From: a virus
Lineage: Duplodnaviria; Heunggongvirae; Uroviricota; Caudoviricetes
Virus record (IMG/VR): IMGVR_UViG_3300045051_000014
Direction: 5' to 3' (one strand)
DNA: 44,287 bases
This document shows positions 9,012-18,050 of this stretch, piece by piece. The notes under the pieces are model-generated. The model worked only from the letters and a program-made list of their open reading frames with translations, had not been told where the DNA came from and ran no database searches. A program made the translations under genes and the position numbers. Each line of letters opens with the position of its first letter. The first letter of the stretch is position 1.

Positions 9012-10720
9012 TTACATTCCACACTATCCGGTGGAAGAATTTCCTTTCGACCGGAAACGTCTTCACCGAAATCAAATTAGACGCACACCAGAACACCCTG
9101 ATCGTGGGTGAGAATGGTGCGGGTAAGTCTACCATTCTGGATGCCCTGACGTTCGCGTTGTTCGGCAAGCCATACCGTAATATCAATAAGCCTTTGATCG
9201 TTAATTCCATTAACGGCAAGGAATGCTTAGTCGAGTTAGAGTTCACTGCCGGTGCGAAGCGATACACCGTGAAGCGTGGTATCAAGCCTAATGTGTTTGA
9301 GATTTGGTACAACGACACGATGCTGCATCAGGATGCACGCGCCAAGGATTATCAGGACATGCTTGAGCGCATGATCCTCAAGATGAACTACAAGTCCTTC
9401 ACGCAGATCGTGATCCTAGGCACGGCAAGCTTCACTCCGTTCATGCAGTTGAAGGCAGCAGATCGTCGCGAGGTCATCGAAGACCTTCTCGACATTCAGA
9501 TCTTCTCCAACATGAATGCGGTGGTGAAGGATCGTCTTGCCATCATCAAGAATCAGATGACGGAATATAAGATTCGTCTGGAAGCCGTCAAGGAAAAGAT
9601 CGACCTCCACAAGAAGCACCTTGAGGAACTCAAGCGCAACAATCAGGAAATGATCGACGCGAAGAAGGTGGAGATTGAGAACGCGAAGCACCAACTCATT
9701 GAGTTTGAGCAGGAGCAGCGTGATCATCAGGTGAAGATCGACGCACTGCTGATGCAGATTGGCGACGAGTCCAATTTCAAATCCAAACACCAGAAGCTTA
9801 CCACTCTGGAAGCCAGAATCGACAGCAACAAGAAAAAGATTGAGAAGGAACTGGATTTCTACGTCAGTAATGACTCCTGCCCTACGTGTAAGCAAGCCAT
9901 CGAAAAGACCCACAAGACTACCATGATGGGTGAGTGTACCCACAAGCTAGTGGAATTCGAACGGGGTCTGATCAAACTACAGGAAGAGCAGAATGCCGTC
10001 ATTCAAAGACTTAGAGAAATTGCTGAAATCAATTCGCGAATCCAATCTATCGGACGAGACATTGCTAATACCACTACTAGTATTAGCCATACCAGAAGGT
10101 ATATTAATCTACTTGAACAGGAAGTTGACAGACTTACCGGTTCAGGTGTGGGAAGCGGCGAAAGCCATGATCAGTCCAAGGAACTCTTCGAAGAGCTTAC
10201 CGGCTACATCGAAAAGCGTAAAAAGGCTACCGAAGAAAAGCAGTACCTCGACGTTGCGGCGCACCTCCTCAAAGACGGCGGCATCAAGACGAAAATCATC
10301 AAGCAATACCTCCCCATCATCAACAAGCTAGTGAACAAGTATCTGGCGGCAATGGACTTCTTCGTGAACTTCACCATTGATGAAGAGTTCAACGAGGTCA
10401 TTCGCTCGCGCCATCGGGACGACTTCTCCTATGAGAACTTCTCTGAGGGTGAGAAGCAGAAGATCGACCTTGCGCTGCTGTTGACATGGCGCAGTATCGC
10501 TCGCATGAAGAACAGTGTCAACACTAACCTGTTGGTACTGGACGAGACATTCGATTCAAGTCTGGACACAAAGGGAACCGACGCACTGTTGGAGATTCTC
10601 CACCAGATGCCAGACAACACCAACATCTTCGTCATCAGCCACAAGGATCAGTTGCACGACAAGTTCAACAACTCCCTGCGGTTTGAGAAGAAGCAGAATT
10701 TCAGTAGGATAGCAGCATGA
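9008..10720 (+). CDS. gp46: Recombination ATPase subunit (Rad50/SbcC-like)
   Basis: GENGAGKS Walker A, CPTC zinc hook, FSEGEK signature, LVLDE Walker B, ISHK. Confidence 0.97.
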   Translation: MITFHTIRWKNFLSTGNVFTEIKLDAHQNTLIVGENGAGKSTILDALTFALFGKPYRNINKPLIVNSINGKECLVELEFTAGAKRYTVKRGIKPNVFEIWYNDTMLHQDARAKDYQDMLERMILKMNYKSFTQIVILGTASFTPFMQLKAADRREVIEDLLDIQIFSNMNAVVKDRLAIIKNQMTEYKIRLEAVKEKIDLHKKHLEELKRNNQEMIDAKKVEIENAKHQLIEFEQEQRDHQVKIDALLMQIGDESNFKSKHQKLTTLEARIDSNKKKIEKELDFYVSNDSCPTCKQAIEKTHKTTMMGECTHKLVEFERGLIKLQEEQNAVIQRLREIAEINSRIQSIGRDIANTTTSISHTRRYINLLEQEVDRLTGSGVGSGESHDQSKELFEELTGYIEKRKKATEEKQYLDVAAHLLKDGGIKTKIIKQYLPIINKLVNKYLAAMDFFVNFTIDEEFNEVIRSRHRDDFSYENFSEGEKQKIDLALLLTWRSIARMKNSVNTNLLVLDETFDSSLDTKGTDALLEILHQMPDNTNIFVISHKDQLHDKFNNSLRFEKKQNFSRIAA

Positions 10721-11286
10721 GCAAGAAAATTAGATTCATCGAAGGGCAGATGGTAGAGTACGAGATTCTTCCCCTTATCAGTCAATACGACCCGATGCTC
10801 CGTCAGCCCACGCAACCGATTAACTTCGATGCGCCGCAGATTAACATTCCCTACCTTTCACTGAGCCTGATGGAATCCCTCAAGCACTATCAGGGTTTGG
10901 GTCTGTCTGCGAATCAGGTGGGTCTGCCATTGCGCGCCTGTGCGGTGGACATGATCGAAGAGAACAAGATTCTCTGCCTGATCAATCCGGTTATCGTGGA
11001 GAAAGCAGAGAAGCCATCCAGATACAAGGAAGGTTGCCTATCATTCCCCGGTCTGTTCCTAGAGATTGGTAGACCTGAGTGGGTGACGGTGGAATTCAAT
11101 GCAGGCAACGGTGAGAAGATGACTAAGAAGTTCGAAGGCATCTACGCAACGTGCGTACAGCATGAACTGGATCACCTTGACGGTATCTGTTATACTGATC
11201 TTGTCTCTCCAATCAAATTAGACATAGCTAAGAGAAAGGTGCAGGCGAACCTGCGAAAGATTCGCCGCGCCACCACAGGCGCGTAA
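10717..11286 (+). CDS. def: Peptide deformylase
   Basis: All three PDF motifs present: GLGLSANQVG, EGCLS, QHELDHLDG. Confidence 0.95.
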   Translation: MSKKIRFIEGQMVEYEILPLISQYDPMLRQPTQPINFDAPQINIPYLSLSLMESLKHYQGLGLSANQVGLPLRACAVDMIEENKILCLINPVIVEKAEKPSRYKEGCLSFPGLFLEIGRPEWVTVEFNAGNGEKMTKKFEGIYATCVQHELDHLDGICYTDLVSPIKLDIAKRKVQANLRKIRRATTGA

Positions 11287-11296
11287 GAGGCTGCGC

Positions 11297-11356
11297 TAAG
11301 TCATTGATTTCCCTAGGGTTATAAAGCTTGCTTTTCCCTAGGAATCCTGTCAAACT
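11297..11356 (+). promoter_or_regulatory. IHF-consensus site plus sigma70-like promoter (class A, copy 1)
   Basis: TAAGTCATTGATT (reverse complement fits WATCARNNNNTTR); TTGCTT starts 31 nt after its first base; 17-nt spacer; CAAACT. Confidence 0.7.
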
Positions 11357-11378
11357 GGTGGCAGGATAGAGGATTCTC

Positions 11379-13778
11379 ATGTCAGCCACCAATCTCAGTA
11401 TTACCAAGTCAATGCTCGCGAAATTGCTCGCGGGTGAGAACATCAATGTGGTGCATAAGCGCATCAGCACTGCCATGTTCGAATTGAAGACTCGCACTCT
11501 GTACCTTCCGATATGGGAAGATATGGACGGCGAGCTTTATGACTTGCTCGGCGGTCATGAAGTCGGTCATGCTCTCTACACTCCGGAAGAGGGTTGGCAC
11601 AACGCTATCCACGATAAAGACGGTAAGATCATTGGCTCGTTCAAGAATGTCCTGAACATCGTGGAAGATGCACGTATCGAAAAGCTGATCAAGCGTCGGT
11701 ATCCGGGTCTTTCCAAGTCATTCGTTGCCGGTTACAAGAATCTCTTCGAACGTGATTTCTTCGGCATCAAGAAACTGAATGACTATTCCAAGTTGAACAT
11801 CCTCGACCGCATCAATCTGTATGCGAAGTGTGGATCGTTCCTGATCGTCCCGTTTTCGGATGAAGAGCGCGAGCTAATGCGCGAAGTCGAAAACACCGAG
11901 ACTTGGGATCAAGTTGTCGAACTCTCACACCGTCTGTTTGAACTCGCGAAGAAAGAACAAGACGACAAGCTGAATTCACTTGAAGATCTTACCGAAGAAC
12001 TCCTGCGCCAGTTCGATGAAGAGTTTGGCGAACAGGATGAACAAGAGGGTGAGACTCAGGAACTCGACCTGTCGAACGATGACAGCGAAGAGTCTTCTGA
12101 TTCCACTCAGTCTGATTCTACCGATGAAGAGTCGGAAGAGGAAGACACCGCATCCGGCAAGGATGGTGAAGAGTCTGACGATGAATCCGAAGACGACGGC
12201 GAGGGTGCCGGTGGCGAAGACTCTGATGAAGAGTCGGATGAAGAAACCGAAGGCGACGGCGGCGAAGATTCCGAGTCGGATGAAGGCGAGGAAGAGTCTG
12301 ACGATGAAAACCAGACTCCCGGCAATGCCGAAGGTGCAGGCGAAGAGTCTGAGACTCCGAAGGAAGACCCGGAATCCATCACCGACAAGAAATTCCGCGA
12401 GCGTGAACGCGAACTGATCGCGGACGGCGTGGAAGTGTACACGTACAATCTGCCGAAGCCGATGCTCGACCGCATTGTGGTTCCGCACAAGGTCTACATC
12501 GACAACTTCTACGAGCAGCTTGCCAACGCTAAGAAAGTGTCTGGTAAGAACGATCCTATCTCTGAAACGGCATCCAAGCGTTTCGGTGAAAAGAACAATC
12601 GCTACATCAACCTTCTGGTGAAGGAATTTGAAATGCGGAAGAATGCGCGGCAGTACGCTCGCACTTCCGTTGCGAAGACTGGCGAACTGGATATGTCCAA
12701 GCTGCACCAGTACAAGTTCAGCAATGACCTGTTCAAGAAAATCTCTGTTGTCGAAAAGGGCAAGAGCCACGGCATGATCATGTACGTGGACATGTCGGGT
12801 TCCATGTCGGAAGTTTTCGGTTCGACCATGGAACAGACGCTCGTTCTGGTGGCGTTCTGCCGCAAGGTGAACATCCCGTTCGACGTTTACGGCTTCTCGG
12901 ATCGTCGCGACTTCCTGTATGCCATGATCACAAAGAAAAAGCTGAATAGCGGCTTTATCGGTCAGAAGTTCCAGAAGTTGAACACCGACGCTTACTCCGT
13001 TTGCAGCGATGCGTTCCACCTGATCCATTACATTTCCTCGCAGATGCAGGGCAATGCGTATCGCCGTGCGTTCGACGCGATGGCAACCATTGCGATGAAC
13101 TGGAAGAATGCGATGTATCCGCGCACCTACCTCAATTGGGAAAACATGGGTATCGCCCTCGGCGGTACTCCGTTCACTCATACGGTCATGGCTTCGCGCC
13201 CGATGATCGAACGCTTTAAGGCAGAGAACAAGGTGGATATCACTAACGTCATCTATCTTACGGATGGTGACGGTACCGGTTGCTTCAACTTTACGGATAT
13301 CAAACCGTCGCCTATGACTGCCGAAGGCAAGCCGAAGATCGAACAGCATATCTATCTGGTGGACCCGAAGACCCGCCGCCGCGTGGAACTGGTCAACGGT
13401 TACACGGCAGCGAAGCAGCACCAGACTGCCATGACGCAGTTTGTGCGTGAAGTCACCCATTGCAAGCATATCGGCTTCTACATTGGTTCGGCTTCGGCAA
13501 TGCGTGGCTACATCCGTTCGAACGTGGTCATGGATGAAACTGCGAATGCCGAAATGGACAAGTTCTGGCGCAAGAATGGTTACTACTCTGTGCCGATGAT
13601 CGGCTATGATCAATACTACTTTGTCAAGCAGACCGACCTCCGTATCTCGGACGATGACTATGACGTTACCGGTGACATGAGCAGCAAGAAGATTGCCAAG
13701 GCATTCACCGAAGCGCAGGACGACAAGCGCAAGCACCGTGTCCTCGTTTCCTCATTCGCAAAGGATATCGCAGCATGA
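11379..13778 (+). CDS. CobT-like protein: N-terminal HExxH metallopeptidase-like domain, long acidic linker, C-terminal VWA domain
   Basis: GHEVGHALYTP and NIVEDARIE; ~130-aa D/E/S/G linker; MIDAS DMSGS..GGTP..TDG. Confidence 0.88.
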   Translation: MSATNLSITKSMLAKLLAGENINVVHKRISTAMFELKTRTLYLPIWEDMDGELYDLLGGHEVGHALYTPEEGWHNAIHDKDGKIIGSFKNVLNIVEDARIEKLIKRRYPGLSKSFVAGYKNLFERDFFGIKKLNDYSKLNILDRINLYAKCGSFLIVPFSDEERELMREVENTETWDQVVELSHRLFELAKKEQDDKLNSLEDLTEELLRQFDEEFGEQDEQEGETQELDLSNDDSEESSDSTQSDSTDEESEEEDTASGKDGEESDDESEDDGEGAGGEDSDEESDEETEGDGGEDSESDEGEEESDDENQTPGNAEGAGEESETPKEDPESITDKKFRERERELIADGVEVYTYNLPKPMLDRIVVPHKVYIDNFYEQLANAKKVSGKNDPISETASKRFGEKNNRYINLLVKEFEMRKNARQYARTSVAKTGELDMSKLHQYKFSNDLFKKISVVEKGKSHGMIMYVDMSGSMSEVFGSTMEQTLVLVAFCRKVNIPFDVYGFSDRRDFLYAMITKKKLNSGFIGQKFQKLNTDAYSVCSDAFHLIHYISSQMQGNAYRRAFDAMATIAMNWKNAMYPRTYLNWENMGIALGGTPFTHTVMASRPMIERFKAENKVDITNVIYLTDGDGTGCFNFTDIKPSPMTAEGKPKIEQHIYLVDPKTRRRVELVNGYTAAKQHQTAMTQFVREVTHCKHIGFYIGSASAMRGYIRSNVVMDETANAEMDKFWRKNGYYSVPMIGYDQYYFVKQTDLRISDDDYDVTGDMSSKKIAKAFTEAQDDKRKHRVLVSSFAKDIAA

Positions 13779-13930
13779 AGCATAGCTTCTGGTTGACACT
13801 CTTCAACATCGTATGGGGTTCCATCCTAGGTGCCGTCATTGCCATAATCAATGACGGCACTCGCATGGAAGGTGCCATCATGGGATTGTTGTTCATTATC
13901 TGGATGGAAGTCAGGGATGCGAAAGACTAA
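13775..13930 (+). CDS. Small two-TM membrane protein (51 aa)
   Basis: ATGA and TAATG overlaps at both ends; MKHSFWLTLFNIVWGSILGAVIAIINDGTRMEGAIMGLLFIIWMEVRDAKD. Confidence 0.65.
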   Translation: MKHSFWLTLFNIVWGSILGAVIAIINDGTRMEGAIMGLLFIIWMEVRDAKD

Positions 13931-14313
13931 TGGGAATCAATCCATTCATTCCAGTCAAGCAGCCTAATGGCAGCTATAAGATGAACCGCAAAGAACCGAC
14001 TAAGGAAGAGCGGCACAAGTTCATCATGGAAGCGATGAAGCGAATCGTGAATGATGGTGAAGTGATCATGACGGCAGACCCCGATAGAGTTCCGAGTCGC
14101 GTGTTCCATCACTCCGATATGGGCGTGTTCAAGAGCAACGGCACTTGGCACACTGCATTGAACATCGAAGACCAGACTCTACAAATTGCTCTTAGGTATA
14201 AGGATTATCAGATACAGGGGCGCGATGATAATCAGGTCTACATGGCAATCCGCATTGATCTAGAGAAAATGGTTGATATTTTCGACAATTTAGCCCTCAA
14301 AAATCGTAAGTGA
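13930..14313 (+). CDS. Hypothetical protein
   Basis: Coupled ORF filling the gap; no recognisable motif. Confidence 0.55.
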   Translation: MGINPFIPVKQPNGSYKMNRKEPTKEERHKFIMEAMKRIVNDGEVIMTADPDRVPSRVFHHSDMGVFKSNGTWHTALNIEDQTLQIALRYKDYQIQGRDDNQVYMAIRIDLEKMVDIFDNLALKNRK

Positions 14314-14366
14314 TTGATTTCCAAAGACTTTCAGTGGTTGCGTTTTGACACCACATCCCTCATAAT
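14307..14366 (+). promoter_or_regulatory. IHF-consensus site plus promoter (class A, copy 2)
   Basis: TAAGTGATTGATT; TTGCGT 31 nt later; 17-nt spacer; CATAAT. Confidence 0.72.
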
Positions 14367-14385
14367 GGCAGTATAGATAGTACAC

Positions 14386-15810
14386 ATGGCATCCTCTGAT
14401 ATGGCACGCACTCCGAATTACACCGTGGAACAGCAACAGAAGTTTATTGAAGAACTGATTGCCGAGTTTGGCGATACCGCCACTTCGAAGCAAATCCTTG
14501 ACTTTGCCGAAAGCAAAGGTCAAGCCGTTCCGCATTTCCTTTTGCGCGACGACAAGCGCAAGATCGCTCGCGGCAAGTATCGTCTGTGTCCGCGTGCGCA
14601 ACTCCTGAAAAAGAATACCGTGAGCCATGCAATCGCGGCAGCACTCGACAAGGTTGAAGAGGCTCCTGCGATGGTGCAACAGTCTGCCGCAGTAGTGCAG
14701 ATTGCTTCGAAGCGTGCGCTCAACGTCACCGAATCCTTTGTTCCGGATCGGCTCGACACCTACGTTCCGTTCGGTTTCTTCGATGACTTGCGGGATATTA
14801 TCAATTCCAAGATTTTCTATCCGGTGTACATCACCGGTCATTCCGGCAACGGTAAGACCCTGATGGTGGAACAGGTTTGCGCCTCTCTCGGTCGCGAACT
14901 AATCCGCGTTAACATCACAAAGCGCACCGATGAAACGGACCTGATCGGTTCGTATGAACTCATTGACGGCAACACGATTCGCCGCGAAGGTCCGGTACTC
15001 ACTGCAATGCGCCGTGGCGCGGTTCTGCTTCTGGACGAAGTTGACCTCGGCACCGAAGACCTTCTGTGTCTTCAACCGATTCTTGAGGGTAAGCCGTACT
15101 TCGACAAAAAGACGGGTGAAATCGTCCATGCTGCATTCGGCTTCAACGTCATTGCGACTGCGAACACTAAGGGTAAGGGTGACGCGGATGGTCGCTACCT
15201 AGGTGCGAACGTCATGAACGAAGCCATGCTTGAGCGTTTTGCTCTTACGGAAGAGCAGGACTATCCGGATGCGAAGACTGAGCGCAACATTCTGCGCAAG
15301 AACTTCGAAGCATTGGAAGTGTCGGACGATGACTTTATTGACCGTCTGGTAACTTGGGCAGAAGTCATTCGCAAGTCTTTCAAGGATGGTGCGGTGGATG
15401 AAATCATTTCCACCCGCCGACTCGTTCACATTACGAAGGCTTTCAAGATCTTCAAGCGCAACCGCATGAAGGCAATCGAAAAGTGCCTCAACCGGTTCGA
15501 TGGTGAAACGAAGACTGCGTTCCTTGACCTGTATACGAAGGTTGACGCGGAAGCGTTCAAGATGGATGCCGAAGGCAAGATGCCGGAAGCCGATGAATTT
15601 GAAGACATGGTGACGATGCTCACTGCGAAGTACAAGACTCCGGTTTCGATCTACAAGGATGAAGCGAAGTCTGTCTACGTTGTCGATGCGTTCAACCGCA
15701 AGACTTCGATCACGTATGCACAGATCAAGGCAGCGAAGTCTGCGATGTTTGTGTTCGATGAAACAATCGGCAACCACCAGTTCCTCGTTCCGGAAACCAA
15801 CAATGCCTGA
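14386..15810 (+). CDS. cobS: MoxR-type AAA+ ATPase (phage 'CobS')
   Basis: GHSGNGKT Walker A, LLLDEVD Walker B, VIATANTKGKG, NEAMLERF, ISTRRLVHI. The start may be 14401. Confidence 0.92.
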   Translation: MASSDMARTPNYTVEQQQKFIEELIAEFGDTATSKQILDFAESKGQAVPHFLLRDDKRKIARGKYRLCPRAQLLKKNTVSHAIAAALDKVEEAPAMVQQSAAVVQIASKRALNVTESFVPDRLDTYVPFGFFDDLRDIINSKIFYPVYITGHSGNGKTLMVEQVCASLGRELIRVNITKRTDETDLIGSYELIDGNTIRREGPVLTAMRRGAVLLLDEVDLGTEDLLCLQPILEGKPYFDKKTGEIVHAAFGFNVIATANTKGKGDADGRYLGANVMNEAMLERFALTEEQDYPDAKTERNILRKNFEALEVSDDDFIDRLVTWAEVIRKSFKDGAVDEIISTRRLVHITKAFKIFKRNRMKAIEKCLNRFDGETKTAFLDLYTKVDAEAFKMDAEGKMPEADEFEDMVTMLTAKYKTPVSIYKDEAKSVYVVDAFNRKTSITYAQIKAAKSAMFVFDETIGNHQFLVPETNNA

Positions 15811-16252
15811 TCGTCATATCGGGTTCACCGGCACCCGCGAGGGTATGTCGGAACACCAGAAGGAAACGCTGAGTCGAATTCTGACAGCGTTCCTTGTGCA
15901 AGGTTCTGTGCAAGATGATGTGATTGTATTCCATCATGGCGATTGTAAAGGTGCGGATGCAGAGGCGCATGAGATAGTATGTCAACTGCGCGAAATCATG
16001 AAAGATGTACCCACCCCAAGAATCATCATTCACCCGCCAGTCAAGCGCATCATGCGTGCGTACTGTCAGGGTGCGGATGAAATTCTGCCACCTAAAGACT
16101 ACTTAGAACGTGATCGCGCTATTGTGGACTCTTGTATTGGTATCTTCGCCGCTCCTAAGACAGATAAGGAAGAACGGCGCAGCGGCACATGGTACACCGT
16201 TCGCTATGCTCGTAAGACTAATAAGAGAGTTGTGGTGTTAGCACGCGAATAA
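15803..16252 (+). CDS. Stand-alone SLOG-superfamily (YspA/DprA-like) nucleotide-binding protein
   Basis: IGFTGTR, HHGDCKGAD, YLERDRAIVD, SGTWYTVRYA motifs; ATG 15803 overlaps the AAA stop. Confidence 0.75.
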   Translation: MPDRHIGFTGTREGMSEHQKETLSRILTAFLVQGSVQDDVIVFHHGDCKGADAEAHEIVCQLREIMKDVPTPRIIIHPPVKRIMRAYCQGADEILPPKDYLERDRAIVDSCIGIFAAPKTDKEERRSGTWYTVRYARKTNKRVVVLARE

Positions 16253-16258
16253 ACGCTC

Positions 16259-16287
16259 TAGACTTCCTCCACCCATTCTGATATAAT
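16259..16287 (+). promoter_or_regulatory. Sigma70-type promoter
   Basis: TAGACT-17-TATAAT with TGn extension. Confidence 0.7.
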
Positions 16288-16361
16288 GATTCTGTAATGG
16301 GTAAACCGCAGCCCGTTCATTTCTAATGTGAATTGCGGGTTTTGATTGAGGTTAGAACTAT

Positions 16362-16643
16362 ATGAGTCTTTCGCTACGTGAAAAGCTGCTCCGCAGCTTC
16401 GATAATCCGGTGTACAACACGTTCACCACTAAGCAGGCTGCGGCACGTTTCGGCGTTTCCCCGGCTACGGTCACTAAGACGGTCAACGCTCTGCGCCTAG
16501 AGGGTCATCCCATCTATCGCAACCGTAAGACCTATGAAGGTCGCACGATCAACGTCTATCGCTACGGCACCCCGTCGAAGCGTTTCCTCCGCAACATGCG
16601 TGCGGGTCGGACGCAGATCGCTCTTGAAGCCCTCAACGGCTAA
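16362..16643 (+). CDS. Winged helix-turn-helix DNA-binding protein
   Basis: FTTKQAAARFGVSPATVTKTVNALRLEGHPIY..YRYG; monocistronic between its own promoter and terminator. Confidence 0.8.
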   Translation: MSLSLREKLLRSFDNPVYNTFTTKQAAARFGVSPATVTKTVNALRLEGHPIYRNRKTYEGRTINVYRYGTPSKRFLRNMRAGRTQIALEALNG

Positions 16644-16665
16644 GAGTAACAAGTCTTAAGTGACT

Positions 16666-16695
16666 AAGGGCAGGACTAAACATCCTGCCCTTTTT
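16666..16695 (+). terminator. Rho-independent terminator
   Basis: AAGGGCAGGA-ctaaaca-TCCTGCCCTT followed by a T tract. Confidence 0.85.
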
Positions 16696-16697
16696 GT

Positions 16698-16726
16698 TTG
16701 ACTTCCGTGCGCACATGATGTAAACT
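16698..16726 (+). promoter_or_regulatory. Sigma70-type promoter
   Basis: TTGACT-17-TAAACT directly after the terminator. Confidence 0.7.
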
Positions 16727-16769
16727 GTGCTATATACTTGGATCGTCATTTCCTGAGTGGAGTTATCAT

Positions 16770-17585
16770 ATGCAACTTGAAATTTCTGTAGACGAGCTTA
16801 AGAAGGTCAAGCTATTCGTCGCCACCCCGATGTATGGTGGAATGTGCCACGGCATGTATGCTAAATCAGCATTAGACCTTCAAGCCTGTTGTGCCGCTTA
16901 TGGCATTGAAGTGAAGTTCTCATTCATCTTCAACGAATCTCTAATCACACGCGCACGAAACTATCTGGTAGACGAATTCCTTCGCTCCGGTTTCACGCAC
17001 CTTCTATTCATCGACGCTGACATTCATTACGATCCTCGCGATGTTGTAGCTCTAATCGCTCTTAAGAAAGATATTATCGGTGGTCCATACCCGAAGAAGA
17101 GCATCAAGTGGGCATCCGTCATTGATGCCGTCAAGAAGAATCCTAACATTCAGCCACCGGAACTTGAAAAGGTTGCGGGTGACTTTGTGTTCAATCCGGT
17201 TCCCGGCACCGAGAAGTTCTCTATCGGTGATCCGATTTCCGTTCTGGAAATCGGCACTGGCTACATGCTAGTCAAGCGCGAAGTGTTCGACAAACTCAAG
17301 GATGCGTTCCCCGGCATCGAATACCGTCCGGACCATGTGGGTCAGGCAAACTTCGACGGCTCGCGTATGATTCACGCCTACTTCGACACCGTGATCGACA
17401 CTAAGGAATCTTACGTCGGTAACGGCACGATGCGCTATCTCTCAGAAGACTACATGTTCTGTCAGTTGTGGCGTAAGATCGGCGGCGAGATTTGGCTCTG
17501 CCCATGGATGAAGACACACCACATTGGTACCTACGCATTCGTAGGCGACATGGCAGCAGTGGCGAACTACGTAGGAACGCTCTAA
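16770..17585 (+). CDS. GT-A fold glycosyltransferase-like protein
   Basis: LFVATPMYGG, NESLITRARN, LLFIDADI (DxD), YLSEDYMFC. Confidence 0.78.
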   Translation: MQLEISVDELKKVKLFVATPMYGGMCHGMYAKSALDLQACCAAYGIEVKFSFIFNESLITRARNYLVDEFLRSGFTHLLFIDADIHYDPRDVVALIALKKDIIGGPYPKKSIKWASVIDAVKKNPNIQPPELEKVAGDFVFNPVPGTEKFSIGDPISVLEIGTGYMLVKREVFDKLKDAFPGIEYRPDHVGQANFDGSRMIHAYFDTVIDTKESYVGNGTMRYLSEDYMFCQLWRKIGGEIWLCPWMKTHHIGTYAFVGDMAAVANYVGTL

Positions 17586-17827
17586 TGAAAATGCGAGCAA
17601 AACTCAAGCTGAACAACGTTCAAAAATTCGAAGGATGCGAGGTTCTTACATTCAATGCTGTCTGTAAGAACGAGGGGTATCCGGCTGACGGAAGTGACGA
17701 GAATAACACTTTCGCACGGTGGACCCCTAATGCTGAATTGAAAATGACTGTGAATAATCCTGCTCTTCTCGGTGTGTATGAACCGGGGCAGGAATTCTAC
17801 GTTGACTTTACTCCTGTGGTGAAATGA
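17585..17827 (+). CDS. Conserved phage hypothetical protein
   Basis: TAATG coupling; MRAK..ENNTFARWTP..NP..YVDFTP pattern. Confidence 0.7.
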   Translation: MKMRAKLKLNNVQKFEGCEVLTFNAVCKNEGYPADGSDENNTFARWTPNAELKMTVNNPALLGVYEPGQEFYVDFTPVVK

Positions 17828-17828
17828 T

Positions 17829-18050
17829 ATGAAGTTGATTTTGTTATGCGCTTCGCTGTTACTCGTTGGCTGTCAAGGATATACCACATCCGAAGACATT
17901 CAGACTGCCTATAAAGCATGTGAGAATAATGGTGGACTTTCGTGGCTTGGTAATTCTGGTATGTCTGAGTCAGCAATGACTGAATTCAGATGCAAGAATG
18001 GACTGACTACCACAGTTGGTGAATATAATAAGAGAATGGGTGTAGAATGA
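17829..18050 (+). CDS. Putative lipoprotein
   Basis: MKLILLCASLLLVGC: short hydrophobic signal with an LVGC lipobox. Confidence 0.65.
   Translation: MKLILLCASLLLVGCQGYTTSEDIQTAYKACENNGGLSWLGNSGMSESAMTEFRCKNGLTTTVGEYNKRMGVE

Noticed and set aside
11976-13736. 586-aa minus-strand ORF
   Set aside because: It is in exact codon register with the VWA-peptidase gene and is explained by that gene's avoidance of CTA/TTA/TCA. No RBS, promoter or protein motif.
14386-15810. Cobalamin-biosynthesis auxiliary gene reading of cobS/cobT
   Set aside because: No CobN or other cob genes are present; the architecture fits a generic MoxR/VWA pair.
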